IMG/VR virus record: IMGVR_UViG_3300029288_001872
Coordinates: 1-64,000 of that record
DNA: 64,000 nucleotides
Direction: 5' to 3' (one strand)
DNA from: a virus
Lineage: Duplodnaviria; Caudoviricetes
Numbering within the stretch: the first letter of the stretch is position 1; the number at the start of each line of letters is the position of its first letter. Shown one piece after another: positions 18,254 to 28,601 of this stretch. The position numbers were made by a program, and so were the translations under genes. Under the pieces are notes generated by a model. That model searched no databases. It saw nothing but the letters and a program-made list of their open reading frames with translations, and was not told the DNA's origin.

Positions 18254-20523
18254 AAAGTCACCGTAGATTGCTTGTCAGCAAAATTGATTGAAATACCTTG
18301 AACTATGTAAAGTTGACCGGCATCTTGGCCAAAATTCTCCCTAGTCATCATCACTATATCTCCGATGTCAAGTTGAACTGATTGAAGACCGATCTGGACA
18401 TCAACAGTCTCGTGAGGTACTTGGTATAAGGCTAAAAGTTTATCAGCTAAAGCCCCAGCATCAGCCCTCAGATTTAACACCGTCTCAAGTGGGCCAAGGT
18501 CTGATGCCATAGGATAATTTATTAGAACAGAATCGTCCTTCCGAGAAATTGATCTATTCCCCCGCTTGAGCCAAGCTAACCGTTCTTGAGATACCCCAGA
18601 TAAATCTTTACTTGTGTTTGTAGTATAATTCTTATCATATTCTAAGTAAACTCGCTTGGTAATATCTGGTAACTGATTGAATTCAGGTAAATCCATAATT
18701 TGTTCATCAGTAATTGATAAGACTGGAATTCCAGAAGGTAACACAAGTTCTTGAATATAAAACTTTCCAGCAATTGTGATTGAGTAGAGAGTTGGAATTC
18801 CAGTAAGTAGCGTGTCAATAATAGATGTTATACTTTCTGGGGAATCTATTACTAAACCTGCGGTATAAGGTATGGAAACATCAAAAGTATCAAATGATAG
18901 CAAGTCAAAATCAGCATCCTCCCATTCGACAAATACTCGGATTAGCGAATAAATTATTTGGCCTATAGTGTCCGCAAACAAGTCTGTGTTTGGGTTAATT
19001 AACCCTTTAGCATCTATAGTAAGATCAGTAGTATCAGTAAATTTGACTAAAATCGTTGACATGAGAATGAAAGAAAACTCATCCCACTGGTAAAAATCCT
19101 GTTCGGTTTGGGTGACAAATTGGATTGATACCCCGTCCGCCAAGGGTATAGGAATTTCTTTAAAGGTAAACGTCCATAGATCATCGGCCACGAAGGCCGG
19201 GGTATAAAAACTGCCAAGCACGGAAGCGTCTCCGACATCATAATCGTCAACGCCCGGATTACCCACCACAGTAAACTGCACCGAATAACCAGGTGTGACC
19301 TCTTGGGGGGAATCAGAGGTTGTCCCAGTGCCGGAATCCTCTGCGGTTTCCCAATAGAACGTAGCGACTCCGCAGGCTCCACCAGCCGTTATGGCAATAC
19401 CAATCCCCTGCGGATCGCCCTCCACCACGGAACAGACACCTGGTGCCGAACCGACAGGCGTCCACGTCCATGTGGGAGTCGTGACTCCTGTACCGGAAAA
19501 TTCAGCGCTCAAACCTAGATTAAGGGGGATTGGATCTTCATCGGCAATATACTCAGGCCCCTGCCATGTGACCCCATTGTCGTCAGACCATTCAAACTGA
19601 GGTGCATCATCGGTTATACGCATACTGGCAAGGTCCACATAAAACACCGAAGCCGAAGGTGCCACTACCCCCCACTTAAAACTGCTATCGTCACCATCGT
19701 GAACATAATCCAGAATCAGGGTTTGCCAGGTGCCTACCTCAGAATGCACTACGTTTTGATCAAAATTATCCAGACCGTCTTTCGTGTTAATGCCGCACAG
19801 CAAGGGGGCACTGCCTGATTCCCAATATACCCGAGCTTTTAGTTGAACTTTTTGTCCGAGAGAAAGACCTGCGACATAGTTCTGAATTAGACCCTTTACT
19901 GCCGCTGGTTTAATTGCAAACCATAATATTCTTCCCCAATCTGGCCCCACATTGGTTTGTTGAGATACTTGATCTCCGGTAGCTCCAGCAGAGGAAACCA
20001 ACTCGGTAACTACGCAAAATGATGTATTGCCACCATAATCGGATGATATTCTCTGAGTACCACCACCTGATTGATAAGCCCAAGTATTGTCATCGGTAGA
20101 ACTCCAAAGATAAAAAGCCAGAGCGCCGTCTGCGACTGTATTAAAACTCGAAATGGTAACATTATATGGAGAGGCAGGAGCCGCGAAATTGCTTCCACTA
20201 ATACTAACGTCAAATATTGCAGAATCAAAATTATATAATGTAAATATTACTGATACATGATTTCCAGAACTGCTCGGGGTAATAGTTGGGTCGCCATCGC
20301 TATCTTGATATATCCTTGTGTAAACTGCATACGATCCCTTAGTCTGAGACCCAGGATCATACCTTTCATCCCAACCAGCAGAACAACCAAATGTGAGGCT
20401 GTCAGCCCGAGCAAAGACAATTAGCACCATCAAATCCCCTACCTGTACGGCGGGAATTGTTGGAGTAGTAGAAGTGGTGCCCCAAGATGGAGTACCTACA
20501 TCTCTGATTGTCACATCGAACAT
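18244..20523 (-). CDS. Tail hub protein, C-terminal part, with a foreign N-terminal beta-sandwich domain
   Basis: Hub-like C-terminus 'QLDIGDIVMM...VQGISIN...TVTLWR'; contains the second half of a CBM-like domain. Confidence 0.6.
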   Translation of the reverse strand: MFDVTIRDVGTPSWGTTSTTPTIPAVQVGDLMVLIVFARADSLTFGCSAGWDERYDPGSQTKGSYAVYTRIYQDSDGDPTITPSSSGNHVSVIFTLYNFDSAIFDVSISGSNFAAPASPYNVTISSFNTVADGALAFYLWSSTDDNTWAYQSGGGTQRISSDYGGNTSFCVVTELVSSAGATGDQVSQQTNVGPDWGRILWFAIKPAAVKGLIQNYVAGLSLGQKVQLKARVYWESGSAPLLCGINTKDGLDNFDQNVVHSEVGTWQTLILDYVHDGDDSSFKWGVVAPSASVFYVDLASMRITDDAPQFEWSDDNGVTWQGPEYIADEDPIPLNLGLSAEFSGTGVTTPTWTWTPVGSAPGVCSVVEGDPQGIGIAITAGGACGVATFYWETAEDSGTGTTSDSPQEVTPGYSVQFTVVGNPGVDDYDVGDASVLGSFYTPAFVADDLWTFTFKEIPIPLADGVSIQFVTQTEQDFYQWDEFSFILMSTILVKFTDTTDLTIDAKGLINPNTDLFADTIGQIIYSLIRVFVEWEDADFDLLSFDTFDVSIPYTAGLVIDSPESITSIIDTLLTGIPTLYSITIAGKFYIQELVLPSGIPVLSITDEQIMDLPEFNQLPDITKRVYLEYDKNYTTNTSKDLSGVSQERLAWLKRGNRSISRKDDSVLINYPMASDLGPLETVLNLRADAGALADKLLALYQVPHETVDVQIGLQSVQLDIGDIVMMTRENFGQDAGQLYIVQGISINFADKQSTVTLWR

Positions 20524-20585
20524 TATTTAATTACCTATTGGGCACCAACTACGCCCCTGCTTGGACTATAATTACATAACCTTTT

Positions 20586-21800
20586 TCAAGTAATCGTTAC
20601 CTTACAACTGTAATCGCCCTCATAAACCTGTTCTTGGTTTTGACAGTCTATAACGGCACCATTTAGGGCTTCCCATTCACCAGCATTTGGCAATTCAAAA
20701 TTACCATTTATCAGTTCTTGTACTGTCGGGATGTCTCCGGTTTCTGTTATTTTGACTTTATAGATTAACTTAATGTCACCCGTGTAATCCCCTGAAACCA
20801 CCATAACGCCAGCACCCGCAGCCGGGGACTTAACCAGCGTGGTGATGTCGTAGCCCAGCTTCCAAGTAAGCATAAGCTCCGACCATTCACCATCTTCCAG
20901 TTTCCACTTAAACCATGCCAACCCCACCTCCGAACCGAAATCACCTTGACTATTTAGCGCAGTAATGCTCCAAATCTGGATGATCCATTTTGCCCGGAGT
21001 AGTTGGCCAGTATAGGGGCCGTAGGCATTTACCAGGACCGAGCCACCATCAATAGTGTCTTTGCGAGGAGGTGACACATCAGTTTTTTTAAATAAATATT
21101 GAGAGGGAGTTGATGCAACTATCTGATCAAAATACACATTAGTTAAAGAAGCGATTGTATGACAAGCTAAAGCATATTTATCTGTATATGTCACCCCACC
21201 TTCGGTTATAGAATCAGTTTTGATTAGAACTGGAGTGTAATTTTTAACTTCACCTAAAACAATTGGAACCGATTGATCCCAACTATCTTCCTCCACTTGC
21301 TCTGATTCCGGGAGTTCATAATCTGGGTATTTGGTTTCAAGTTCCTTTGCCTTGTCGTAAATAGTAAAAGTTAATTCAGTATCAGTCCAATGCACCTCAC
21401 CAATCTGACCAGAAAAGATGGTGGTGAAAGAGGCATAGGCATCTACAGCAGCACCTATTTTGATCGTAAGGGATTGTCCTGCAAAAGTGTAGGTATCCTT
21501 ATAAAGCAAAAGATTCCAAGGGATGATATTCCCAGCATCAGGTTTATAAGCCCCAGTGATAAATAAACTTATGTCTCCCCAAGTGGGCAAGTAGGCCGGG
21601 TCCATAGTATCATTACCAGCCCGATCCAAGTCCGACAATGAGGATATACAAGGGAGGAATTGTTTATCAGCAGCGTAAAATGGACGGGAAGAAAAGTACA
21701 ACGGCTCCAGGGAACCATCCGCCAAAAGGCAAGCGTTTAACTCCACCAAGTAAATAAGATCAGCATTGCCTCGATTAAGATATGTAGTTAAATCGGTCAT
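20586..21800 (-). CDS. Tail hub protein, N-terminal part
   Basis: Follows the tape measure; 'VPIVLGEVKNYTPVLI'; ends inside a CBM-like domain. Confidence 0.6.
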   Translation of the reverse strand: MTDLTTYLNRGNADLIYLVELNACLLADGSLEPLYFSSRPFYAADKQFLPCISSLSDLDRAGNDTMDPAYLPTWGDISLFITGAYKPDAGNIIPWNLLLYKDTYTFAGQSLTIKIGAAVDAYASFTTIFSGQIGEVHWTDTELTFTIYDKAKELETKYPDYELPESEQVEEDSWDQSVPIVLGEVKNYTPVLIKTDSITEGGVTYTDKYALACHTIASLTNVYFDQIVASTPSQYLFKKTDVSPPRKDTIDGGSVLVNAYGPYTGQLLRAKWIIQIWSITALNSQGDFGSEVGLAWFKWKLEDGEWSELMLTWKLGYDITTLVKSPAAGAGVMVVSGDYTGDIKLIYKVKITETGDIPTVQELINGNFELPNAGEWEALNGAVIDCQNQEQVYEGDYSCKVTIT

Positions 21801-24800
21801 TTAGTAGGAACCCGCAAACGATTAAGTTTAATTTGTTTTTGAAGTGCAGGAACAAGCTGCTTTGCAAGTTTGTCAGCATTAAAGTCTTTTGGGGGATTAT
21901 TGATATTAACACTGACTGCTATTTTATCAATGTTTGTAGAATTATCTGAAGAAACAGATTCACCACCTACTTGACCATTATTAAGCATGTCAAAAGAGAT
22001 ACCCTTTCTTGAATACAAGTCCATTGTACTTCTTTTTATAATTCCTTCGCCTACTTGGGCTTTTATCATTCTTTCATCTATCATCAAACCAGCATGAGCA
22101 ACTGAATAACCTACTACTCCACCAGTGTGATAACCTTCAGTGTACCCAGCACCAGTGCTTGTCATTCCTGGGGAAGAACCAAGACCCCCACCACTACCAC
22201 CGCCAATCCCACTAGTGACTCCACCAAAAGCTCCGTAAGCAGAGATAGCAGCAAAAGTTAAAGCAGCGGCGGCCACAGCCAAAGGAAAATTCGCTGGTGG
22301 TGGGACTATTTTCATGACCCACGCATAAGCAGAAGCAGCACCGCGATAAGCATCAATTAATATCTGAGCCTTAGCCAATTGCATAATTAATGAAATGCCT
22401 TGCATACCATACTGCACCATAGCGCCATATCTGGCCACTTCGCCAGATACGCCAGCAGCAGTCATAATACCCTGAGCCAATCCCCAAACTGAAGTTATAT
22501 TTTCAGCCATACCAGTAAAGCTATTTTCATAGTCAGTTAAGTAATCAGCTTGGAAAGATTCTTGGTTCAAATCAATCCGCTCTTGTATCATTTGTTGATA
22601 TGCGTCTTCTTCTCCAAACAACCGTTTGTATAATTTCTTATTTTCTTTTTCTAAAGTTTTTGTTTCCTTTCGTTCTTCTCTAAATATAGAGTCATCAAGT
22701 TTGTCATACTGTTTGGCTTGTTTCATTAATTTCGCATATCCACCTAAACCACTATCTTTTTTACCACCAAACGAATAGGCAGTTTTATCCATTCTTTGCA
22801 TTGTTCTGTCAAAGTTAGATTCTGGCAAAATACCTTTACCTATGCCTTCCATATTAGCTATTTCTACATACATAGGATTTTTTTTAGTTCCTAAACTACC
22901 TTTCCCAAATAAAGAACTTAGAAAACCACCTTCTTCTTTGCCATTAGATTTAACAGGATTTAATAAACCACCAATTAAATCAAAACCTCTAGAAACTCCC
23001 ATTTTCATTATTTGTTTAACAAAAGTTCCACCTAAATCCCAAAACATATCTTCAAGTATTACTTTTTTCCCTCTAATACTATCAATAAAGGCCGAACCAG
23101 CCATATCGCCTATTCCAGATTCAAGATTATCCATTAATGCTTTAAAATCAGCAGCACCACGTTTAGCCGCTTCATTTTGCCTTTCTACTCCATAAATTTT
23201 AGCACCACCAGCAAATCCTTGAGTTTCCCATTTTTTCATTTCAAGTTGCAATTTTTCTGCTTCTTGATTTTGTTTATGAAGATTTCGTAAACGATCTTCA
23301 TCAAAACCAGCAGATTTCAAAGCGTATTCATTTTTCTTAATCCATATCTCCAATTCATTCAAACTAACTTTTTGTTGGATATTTAAACTTTCTTCCTGAT
23401 ATCTCAATTGGTCTGTGTATAACAAAGAATTAGAAGCAAGGCTAGATGTATGTTTATTTATCTCATTTAGCCAAGTGTTTTGTTGTTCTAATGGTCTGTT
23501 TTGTTGATTAATATTCTCTGCGCGTTCTTTTTCTATACTTAATAGATAGTTATTTTTTAGTAAATTTTCAGCGTTTACTCCATCTAATTTATTTGCTCCA
23601 ATCAATTGCAAAGTCTTTGTATGGTCAATCATAAGTTCAAAATTCAATGCTTCTTTAGCATATTCATTTTGTTTTTCTGCTGGTATATTCATAGCAATTA
23701 AAGTTCCATAAGAACTTTTCATGATTTCATCTATTTTTAATTTATCTGCTAAATCAATTTTACTAAGGTTATACATTAATTTCCTATCAGCCATTTCTTT
23801 ATCAGTTTGACCACCAAGCATGACTTTTCTATTTGCATCTGCTGCGCCTTGCATTTTTTGAAATTCACCTACAATTTTAGTTCCAGAATCTTGAGAAGCC
23901 AACATTTGTGCAAGAGAGTTTTTTGATAATCCAGCAATATTAGTATCAGATGAAACCCCAAAAAATGAAGTCATTTGTTGAATACGTTTGTTTACATTGT
24001 CATTTTCAAATCTTGGGGCATACGTTTCAATCATTTTAGTAATTGTCATATTACTTTCTTGATATTTCCCAACCAATTCTAATAATGCTTCATATCCCAA
24101 CTCCGGTGTTGGAAATTTACTAAAGCGAGGACCACCTTTACCAGCAGCCGGGTTTGCATAACCGATCGGTTCTTCTAAAACTGCTCCATATTTTTGTTGC
24201 CAAGGACGGAATTCTATATTTCCTGGGTTGTTATTCCTAATAGAACGATCATTCCCAACCCCAATCTGCACACTACCAGGAGGCATTGTTACATTAACCC
24301 CTTTTGTGTTTAAACTTTTTTGTATTCCCTCTTGCAATGGAGAAACAATATCTAAATCTATAAATTTGACATCAAATCCAGCACCTTTTAAATACTTTGC
24401 CAATGGATCATTACTTGTTCCGCCACCAGTCAAGTCTTTAAATTGTTTTATTAATTCTTCAAAGCCGCTTGGTTTTATAGTAAACAATGTTTCAATTTTA
24501 TCTCTCATTTTATCTAAACTAATATTAAGGTCATCAACTACGGTTTGTATCTCTTGACCAACTTTTTTCCCAATTCCTTCTATTGCTGCCAAAGCATCTT
24601 TAGCATTTTCAACCATTTTTAGAATAGGATCGCCATACAATTCATCCATAGCCCCAGCAGATGGAGGATTCACAAGTTTTCTAATAAATTCGTCATATTC
24701 ATTTATAGCTTTTTTATATTGATTTTCTCTTGTTTCTGGTACGCCTTCTAATGAATAAGCATAAATTTCTCTATTGCGTTTTTCAAGTTCCTGAATAGTA

Positions 24801-26776
24801 ATTTGATCTCGTATGTCTTTTAATTGTTTCGCATAAGATACAGAAAGTTCTGAAGCCTTAGCTTCTTTTTCCATTTTATATATAGTTTTATCAATTTGAT
24901 CATTCATTTTAGCAAAATCTGAAACTATCTGAGACATACTATTCCCAGAAATGCTACTTAAACGTTGATTGAAAGTTACAATTAAAGAACTAGCAGTTTG
25001 AAGAGCCTTAATGTTTTTATCATCCCATAAATTATCTTTATCTTTTGGTTGACCTTGTAAAGATTTAGCTGTAGAATCTTTCAATCCTTCATATATGCTA
25101 ATACCACTTGTTCCACTTACAGGGTTTCGTAACATTTCCATTTTATTGCGTACATTTTTTATTTGCGTATCCCATTTAGTGTTAAAATCAGATAATGCCT
25201 TATCCATCCCTCCACCAAAGCCTGGGATACCAGCAATAAGAATATCAAGATCAAAGATGTTTGCCCAAACTTTCTTAACTTTTAATCCAAATTCTTCAAA
25301 CATCAAAGCAAAAATATCAAGCCAATCTTGGATTGAACTTCCTAATATTTCAAAGTTTTTTATTACTTCCCATATTGGGCCTATTAAACCAGGAGCTATT
25401 TCTGCTGCAAGTATTCCAACTCCAAGAATAAGAGTGGCAATTGCAGCAGCAGCAGCCCACCCCCAGGCAGTCATTGCTGCACCTGCAACTCCCCAACCCA
25501 TTATGGTCGCTCCTATCGCTGCTGCTTTAGTAGCAACGGTTGCGATAGCAGCACCTATTGCAACAAATCCACTTATAATATATTTAAATGAACTTAAAGC
25601 AACCCCGCCTATCAAAGCAAATCCCCAACCTATTGCTTTAATTGCAATAACTAATGCTGTAATTTTAATTAATATTATTCCAACATCTGCTGCAAATTGA
25701 GTAAGAACTGGATGAGCAGTATTAAAATCATCTATTAATTTCACAAATTCTTTAGTTGTTTCTATTAAACCAATAATTCCAGCATCAGCCCTTTTAATAG
25801 CAGAAATTAAATTTTCATTCAATGTCACTTTTTTGGTTTCATCATTAAATGTTACCATCCAATTGAAAACACTAATCATAGATTGTTTTAATGCTTCAAA
25901 AGAACCTATGGTTCCAGAACCCATTGAATTTTGAAACGCATCTTTTAAATTAGATATTACAACTGACCAATTGTTAAATGCAATTGCTGCCATTATAGCG
26001 ATATTCTTGCTATTTTCCATAAAATTATTATATAATTGTCCAGTTCCTATAAGTTCTCTTATTTTTACATTAGTAAGACCAATAGATTCCATAAAAGGTT
26101 GGACTCTAGTCATTCTAGGTTGCATGACGCCAGTTAAAAACGATCTAAATTCTTCCCCAAGTTGCTCCATTGGAACTTGAGCGACTTGTGCTATTTGAAC
26201 AAATCTTTGCACAAAATCAACCATATTTCCAAGTGGGACACCAGCATTGGCAGCAGGAGCCATAGCTTGTGTCATTCCTCTCATCAATTGGTCATAAGTT
26301 GCAGCGGTAGTAAGGCCAGCGTATCTTAATTTTTCTTGAATTATAACAGCATCACCCATAGCCATATTAAATGCTTCTTGTGTTGAAACTATCTTCCCAG
26401 TCGCATCTTTATAACTATACAAAGAAGAAAGAAGACCTGCTAAAGATAATTTGGTATCCTCTAACATAGCGTTGAATTCATAACCAGTTTGAAATACAGC
26501 CATAGCATTTTTTACTGTATAGAAAACAGCAGCAATAGATGCCAAAGTTCTACCAAATTTTAACAAATCATTTTGAAAACTATTGGTAGCTTCTTGTGCT
26601 TTTTTTTGATTATTGATAAAACCAGTAGTGCTATCACCAGCTTTCTTGTGACTGTCAGAAAGGATACTAGTGCTTTTAGCTGCTTTTTCAGAACTGGCGC
26701 TTAAATTATTTAATTGGGTAGACGCTTGTTCTGCGCCAGATGTGGTAATTTTTATGGCTAGAGATGCAATATCGAT
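21797..26776 (-). CDS. Tail tape measure protein (~1659 aa) with an internal lysozyme-like domain; probable non-canonical ATC start
   Basis: Long Ala/Gly-rich helical ORF after the chaperones; frame is open upstream to 'IDIASLAIKI'; internal 'RNNNPGNI...F.TPELG...YAP..END'. Confidence 0.85.
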   Translation of the reverse strand: MDIASLAIKITTSGAEQASTQLNNLSASSEKAAKSTSILSDSHKKAGDSTTGFINNQKKAQEATNSFQNDLLKFGRTLASIAAVFYTVKNAMAVFQTGYEFNAMLEDTKLSLAGLLSSLYSYKDATGKIVSTQEAFNMAMGDAVIIQEKLRYAGLTTAATYDQLMRGMTQAMAPAANAGVPLGNMVDFVQRFVQIAQVAQVPMEQLGEEFRSFLTGVMQPRMTRVQPFMESIGLTNVKIRELIGTGQLYNNFMENSKNIAIMAAIAFNNWSVVISNLKDAFQNSMGSGTIGSFEALKQSMISVFNWMVTFNDETKKVTLNENLISAIKRADAGIIGLIETTKEFVKLIDDFNTAHPVLTQFAADVGIILIKITALVIAIKAIGWGFALIGGVALSSFKYIISGFVAIGAAIATVATKAAAIGATIMGWGVAGAAMTAWGWAAAAAIATLILGVGILAAEIAPGLIGPIWEVIKNFEILGSSIQDWLDIFALMFEEFGLKVKKVWANIFDLDILIAGIPGFGGGMDKALSDFNTKWDTQIKNVRNKMEMLRNPVSGTSGISIYEGLKDSTAKSLQGQPKDKDNLWDDKNIKALQTASSLIVTFNQRLSSISGNSMSQIVSDFAKMNDQIDKTIYKMEKEAKASELSVSYAKQLKDIRDQITIQELEKRNREIYAYSLEGVPETRENQYKKAINEYDEFIRKLVNPPSAGAMDELYGDPILKMVENAKDALAAIEGIGKKVGQEIQTVVDDLNISLDKMRDKIETLFTIKPSGFEELIKQFKDLTGGGTSNDPLAKYLKGAGFDVKFIDLDIVSPLQEGIQKSLNTKGVNVTMPPGSVQIGVGNDRSIRNNNPGNIEFRPWQQKYGAVLEEPIGYANPAAGKGGPRFSKFPTPELGYEALLELVGKYQESNMTITKMIETYAPRFENDNVNKRIQQMTSFFGVSSDTNIAGLSKNSLAQMLASQDSGTKIVGEFQKMQGAADANRKVMLGGQTDKEMADRKLMYNLSKIDLADKLKIDEIMKSSYGTLIAMNIPAEKQNEYAKEALNFELMIDHTKTLQLIGANKLDGVNAENLLKNNYLLSIEKERAENINQQNRPLEQQNTWLNEINKHTSSLASNSLLYTDQLRYQEESLNIQQKVSLNELEIWIKKNEYALKSAGFDEDRLRNLHKQNQEAEKLQLEMKKWETQGFAGGAKIYGVERQNEAAKRGAADFKALMDNLESGIGDMAGSAFIDSIRGKKVILEDMFWDLGGTFVKQIMKMGVSRGFDLIGGLLNPVKSNGKEEGGFLSSLFGKGSLGTKKNPMYVEIANMEGIGKGILPESNFDRTMQRMDKTAYSFGGKKDSGLGGYAKLMKQAKQYDKLDDSIFREERKETKTLEKENKKLYKRLFGEEDAYQQMIQERIDLNQESFQADYLTDYENSFTGMAENITSVWGLAQGIMTAAGVSGEVARYGAMVQYGMQGISLIMQLAKAQILIDAYRGAASAYAWVMKIVPPPANFPLAVAAAALTFAAISAYGAFGGVTSGIGGGSGGGLGSSPGMTSTGAGYTEGYHTGGVVGYSVAHAGLMIDERMIKAQVGEGIIKRSTMDLYSRKGISFDMLNNGQVGGESVSSDNSTNIDKIAVSVNINNPPKDFNADKLAKQLVPALQKQIKLNRLRVPTK

Positions 26777-26784
26777 GGCGTCAC

Positions 26785-27171
26785 CTATTTCTTTTTCTTA
26801 ACCTTCTTCTTTTCAAACTCAGAAATAACCCTGAGATACTTTGCATCCATTATACGAAGAAGTTGAATTTCCCAATTAGATAATTTTATGCCAGTCAACC
26901 TAGACCAAGCATCAATTTCACGATAATAAATTGGATTTTGACCCATACCTACTTCACGACTAGAGCCAAGTTCCAGAAAGAGTTGCCATAAATAAGCTAT
27001 GTCTATCGGTAAATCAAATTCAGGTCTTTGTGGAGCACCACTAACTGGAATGAGCATATTAGGATTCATTTCCAATCTTTTTTCATGTTGCTCCACTAAA
27101 TCATGTTGAGAGATGCCATCTTCGTTTGGATAATTAAATTTTACCCAAACTTCAACGGCATCTTCCAACAT
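26785..27171 (-). CDS. Tail assembly chaperone, second ORF (lambda gpT-like position)
   Basis: 'YLWQLFLELGSSR...PIYYREIDAWSRLTG...WEIQLLRIMD'; lies between the chaperone and the tape measure. Confidence 0.75.
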   Translation of the reverse strand: MLEDAVEVWVKFNYPNEDGISQHDLVEQHEKRLEMNPNMLIPVSGAPQRPEFDLPIDIAYLWQLFLELGSSREVGMGQNPIYYREIDAWSRLTGIKLSNWEIQLLRIMDAKYLRVISEFEKKKVKKKK

Positions 27172-27176
27172 TAAAG

Positions 27177-27581
27177 TCAGTCCTGTAGGAAGTTCGCCCT
27201 ATCTTCAACAAACAGTTGTACTTGTTCTAAAAACCAAGGAAGTTTAGCCATCACCATTTTTACATTCTCAAAAGAACATGGCAAAGTAACACCTTCCCAC
27301 TCCACATTTTCCCATTTTAGAACCATCTTGGAAATCAGTTCAATGTTGTTAGCACGATTTTCTTCCGCACTTAAATTCATGCGTACTTGATTTCTACGAA
27401 CCATCTTTTTCATAGCTTTATTCTGCATAGATAGAGAAGTCTTTTGATACAAGTCTGAATCAATTCCTGCAACCCAAACTTTAGTAGGCGGCTCAAAAGA
27501 TTGTTCTGTAATAGGATGGACAATTTCCATCTCAACGCCTTCATCATTTGCAGAAGCTACGCTTAATTTTGTGAAATCCAT
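27177..27581 (-). CDS. Tail assembly chaperone (gpG-like)
   Basis: 'HPIT...VAGIDSD', 'PWFLEQV...DRANF'; synteny. Confidence 0.8.
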   Translation of the reverse strand: MDFTKLSVASANDEGVEMEIVHPITEQSFEPPTKVWVAGIDSDLYQKTSLSMQNKAMKKMVRRNQVRMNLSAEENRANNIELISKMVLKWENVEWEGVTLPCSFENVKMVMAKLPWFLEQVQLFVEDRANFLQD

Positions 27582-27599
27582 AAAAATACATTCTCCATT

Positions 27600-28601
27600 T
27601 TAAGCAACTCTCCAAGAGTTGTAAGTTAAAAATTTACAATCACATGTTTTTATATTCCTACTTAACCTCTTACCATTACTTAATGAATGTAAACTAATTT
27701 TTCCATTAGGACATCCTCCAACATAAACCAATTTATATTTATCGTGTTTAACTAAACCGCCTCGTTTAAATCCCAAACTCATTGTTCCACCATAACAAGG
27801 ACGAAGACCACCTTTAGAGAACTGTAATCTATGCAACTGTCTACGATGGAATTGTAACGGAGTCATAAAAAGTATTTGCTTATTATCAACTTTTGTATGA
27901 CCGCCAGTATAGGAATTAGCTAGAACCCAGCTATCTACGCAGTGGGCTTCAAAAACCTCAGAGAGTTTCTTCTTAGATTTCTTGAAACCAAGAATATCTC
28001 TCATCTGTTTGGTTTCATACCCGTATTTGGTTTCAACTTCACCCATTTTAGAAAGTTCTGAATAAAACCAATTCTTACCAATTTCTAATGGAGAAAAAGT
28101 TTTATTCCATCTTCTTCCACCATGACTATGCGCTTTAATATCTTCCACTACAAAATTAGTAATGGGATACATTTTACACAACCAATTGCAAATTCTCAAC
28201 TTCCATTGCCATCTCGCTTTAGTGGAAGGAGACAAAAAGGTTTTCTTTTTCCGGTTAAGTCTACATTTTCTGTATGGAACATTTCTTTGTCTTCTATTTC
28301 TTCTCATTATTCTTCTAACTTCCATACGTTTCTTAACCCAAGTAACTGCATTTGCTTGAATATTTAAAAAAGTGTGGAAACCAGATTTCAATGTTATACC
28401 TTCTTTTTTACTTCCACTATCTATACCCAGAGCAACTTCTTGTTTTTCTTCACCAGAAGGTTCTATGTTTAATCTGACACAAAACACACCTCTTTTCCAA
28501 AATGGTGTGGCTTTGCCTTCTTTAATCCATCTCCTTGCTCTTGATGGTTTAGTAGGCATCAATGGTTTTTGATTCTTATCAACTACGGGTACAAAAGTCA
28601 T
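27600..28601 (-). CDS. isrB: IsrB (IS200/IS605 OMEGA RNA-guided nickase; IscB relative lacking HNH)
   Basis: PLMP motif, RuvC-I 'GIDSG', Arg-rich bridge helix, RuvC-II 'VVED', RuvC-III 'HCVD'; 333 aa; no HNH. Confidence 0.9.
   Translation of the reverse strand: MTFVPVVDKNQKPLMPTKPSRARRWIKEGKATPFWKRGVFCVRLNIEPSGEEKQEVALGIDSGSKKEGITLKSGFHTFLNIQANAVTWVKKRMEVRRIMRRNRRQRNVPYRKCRLNRKKKTFLSPSTKARWQWKLRICNWLCKMYPITNFVVEDIKAHSHGGRRWNKTFSPLEIGKNWFYSELSKMGEVETKYGYETKQMRDILGFKKSKKKLSEVFEAHCVDSWVLANSYTGGHTKVDNKQILFMTPLQFHRRQLHRLQFSKGGLRPCYGGTMSLGFKRGGLVKHDKYKLVYVGGCPNGKISLHSLSNGKRLSRNIKTCDCKFLTYNSWRVA

Noticed and set aside
20524-20588. Read-through or intron joining the two hub ORFs
   Set aside because: A TAG follows in frame, the spacer is ~60 nt with no recognisable group I/II core, and the downstream ORF has its own start.
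13150-21800. Diversity-generating retroelement or invertible tail-fibre cassette
   Set aside because: No reverse transcriptase, recombinase, TR/VR pair or flanking inverted repeats were seen.
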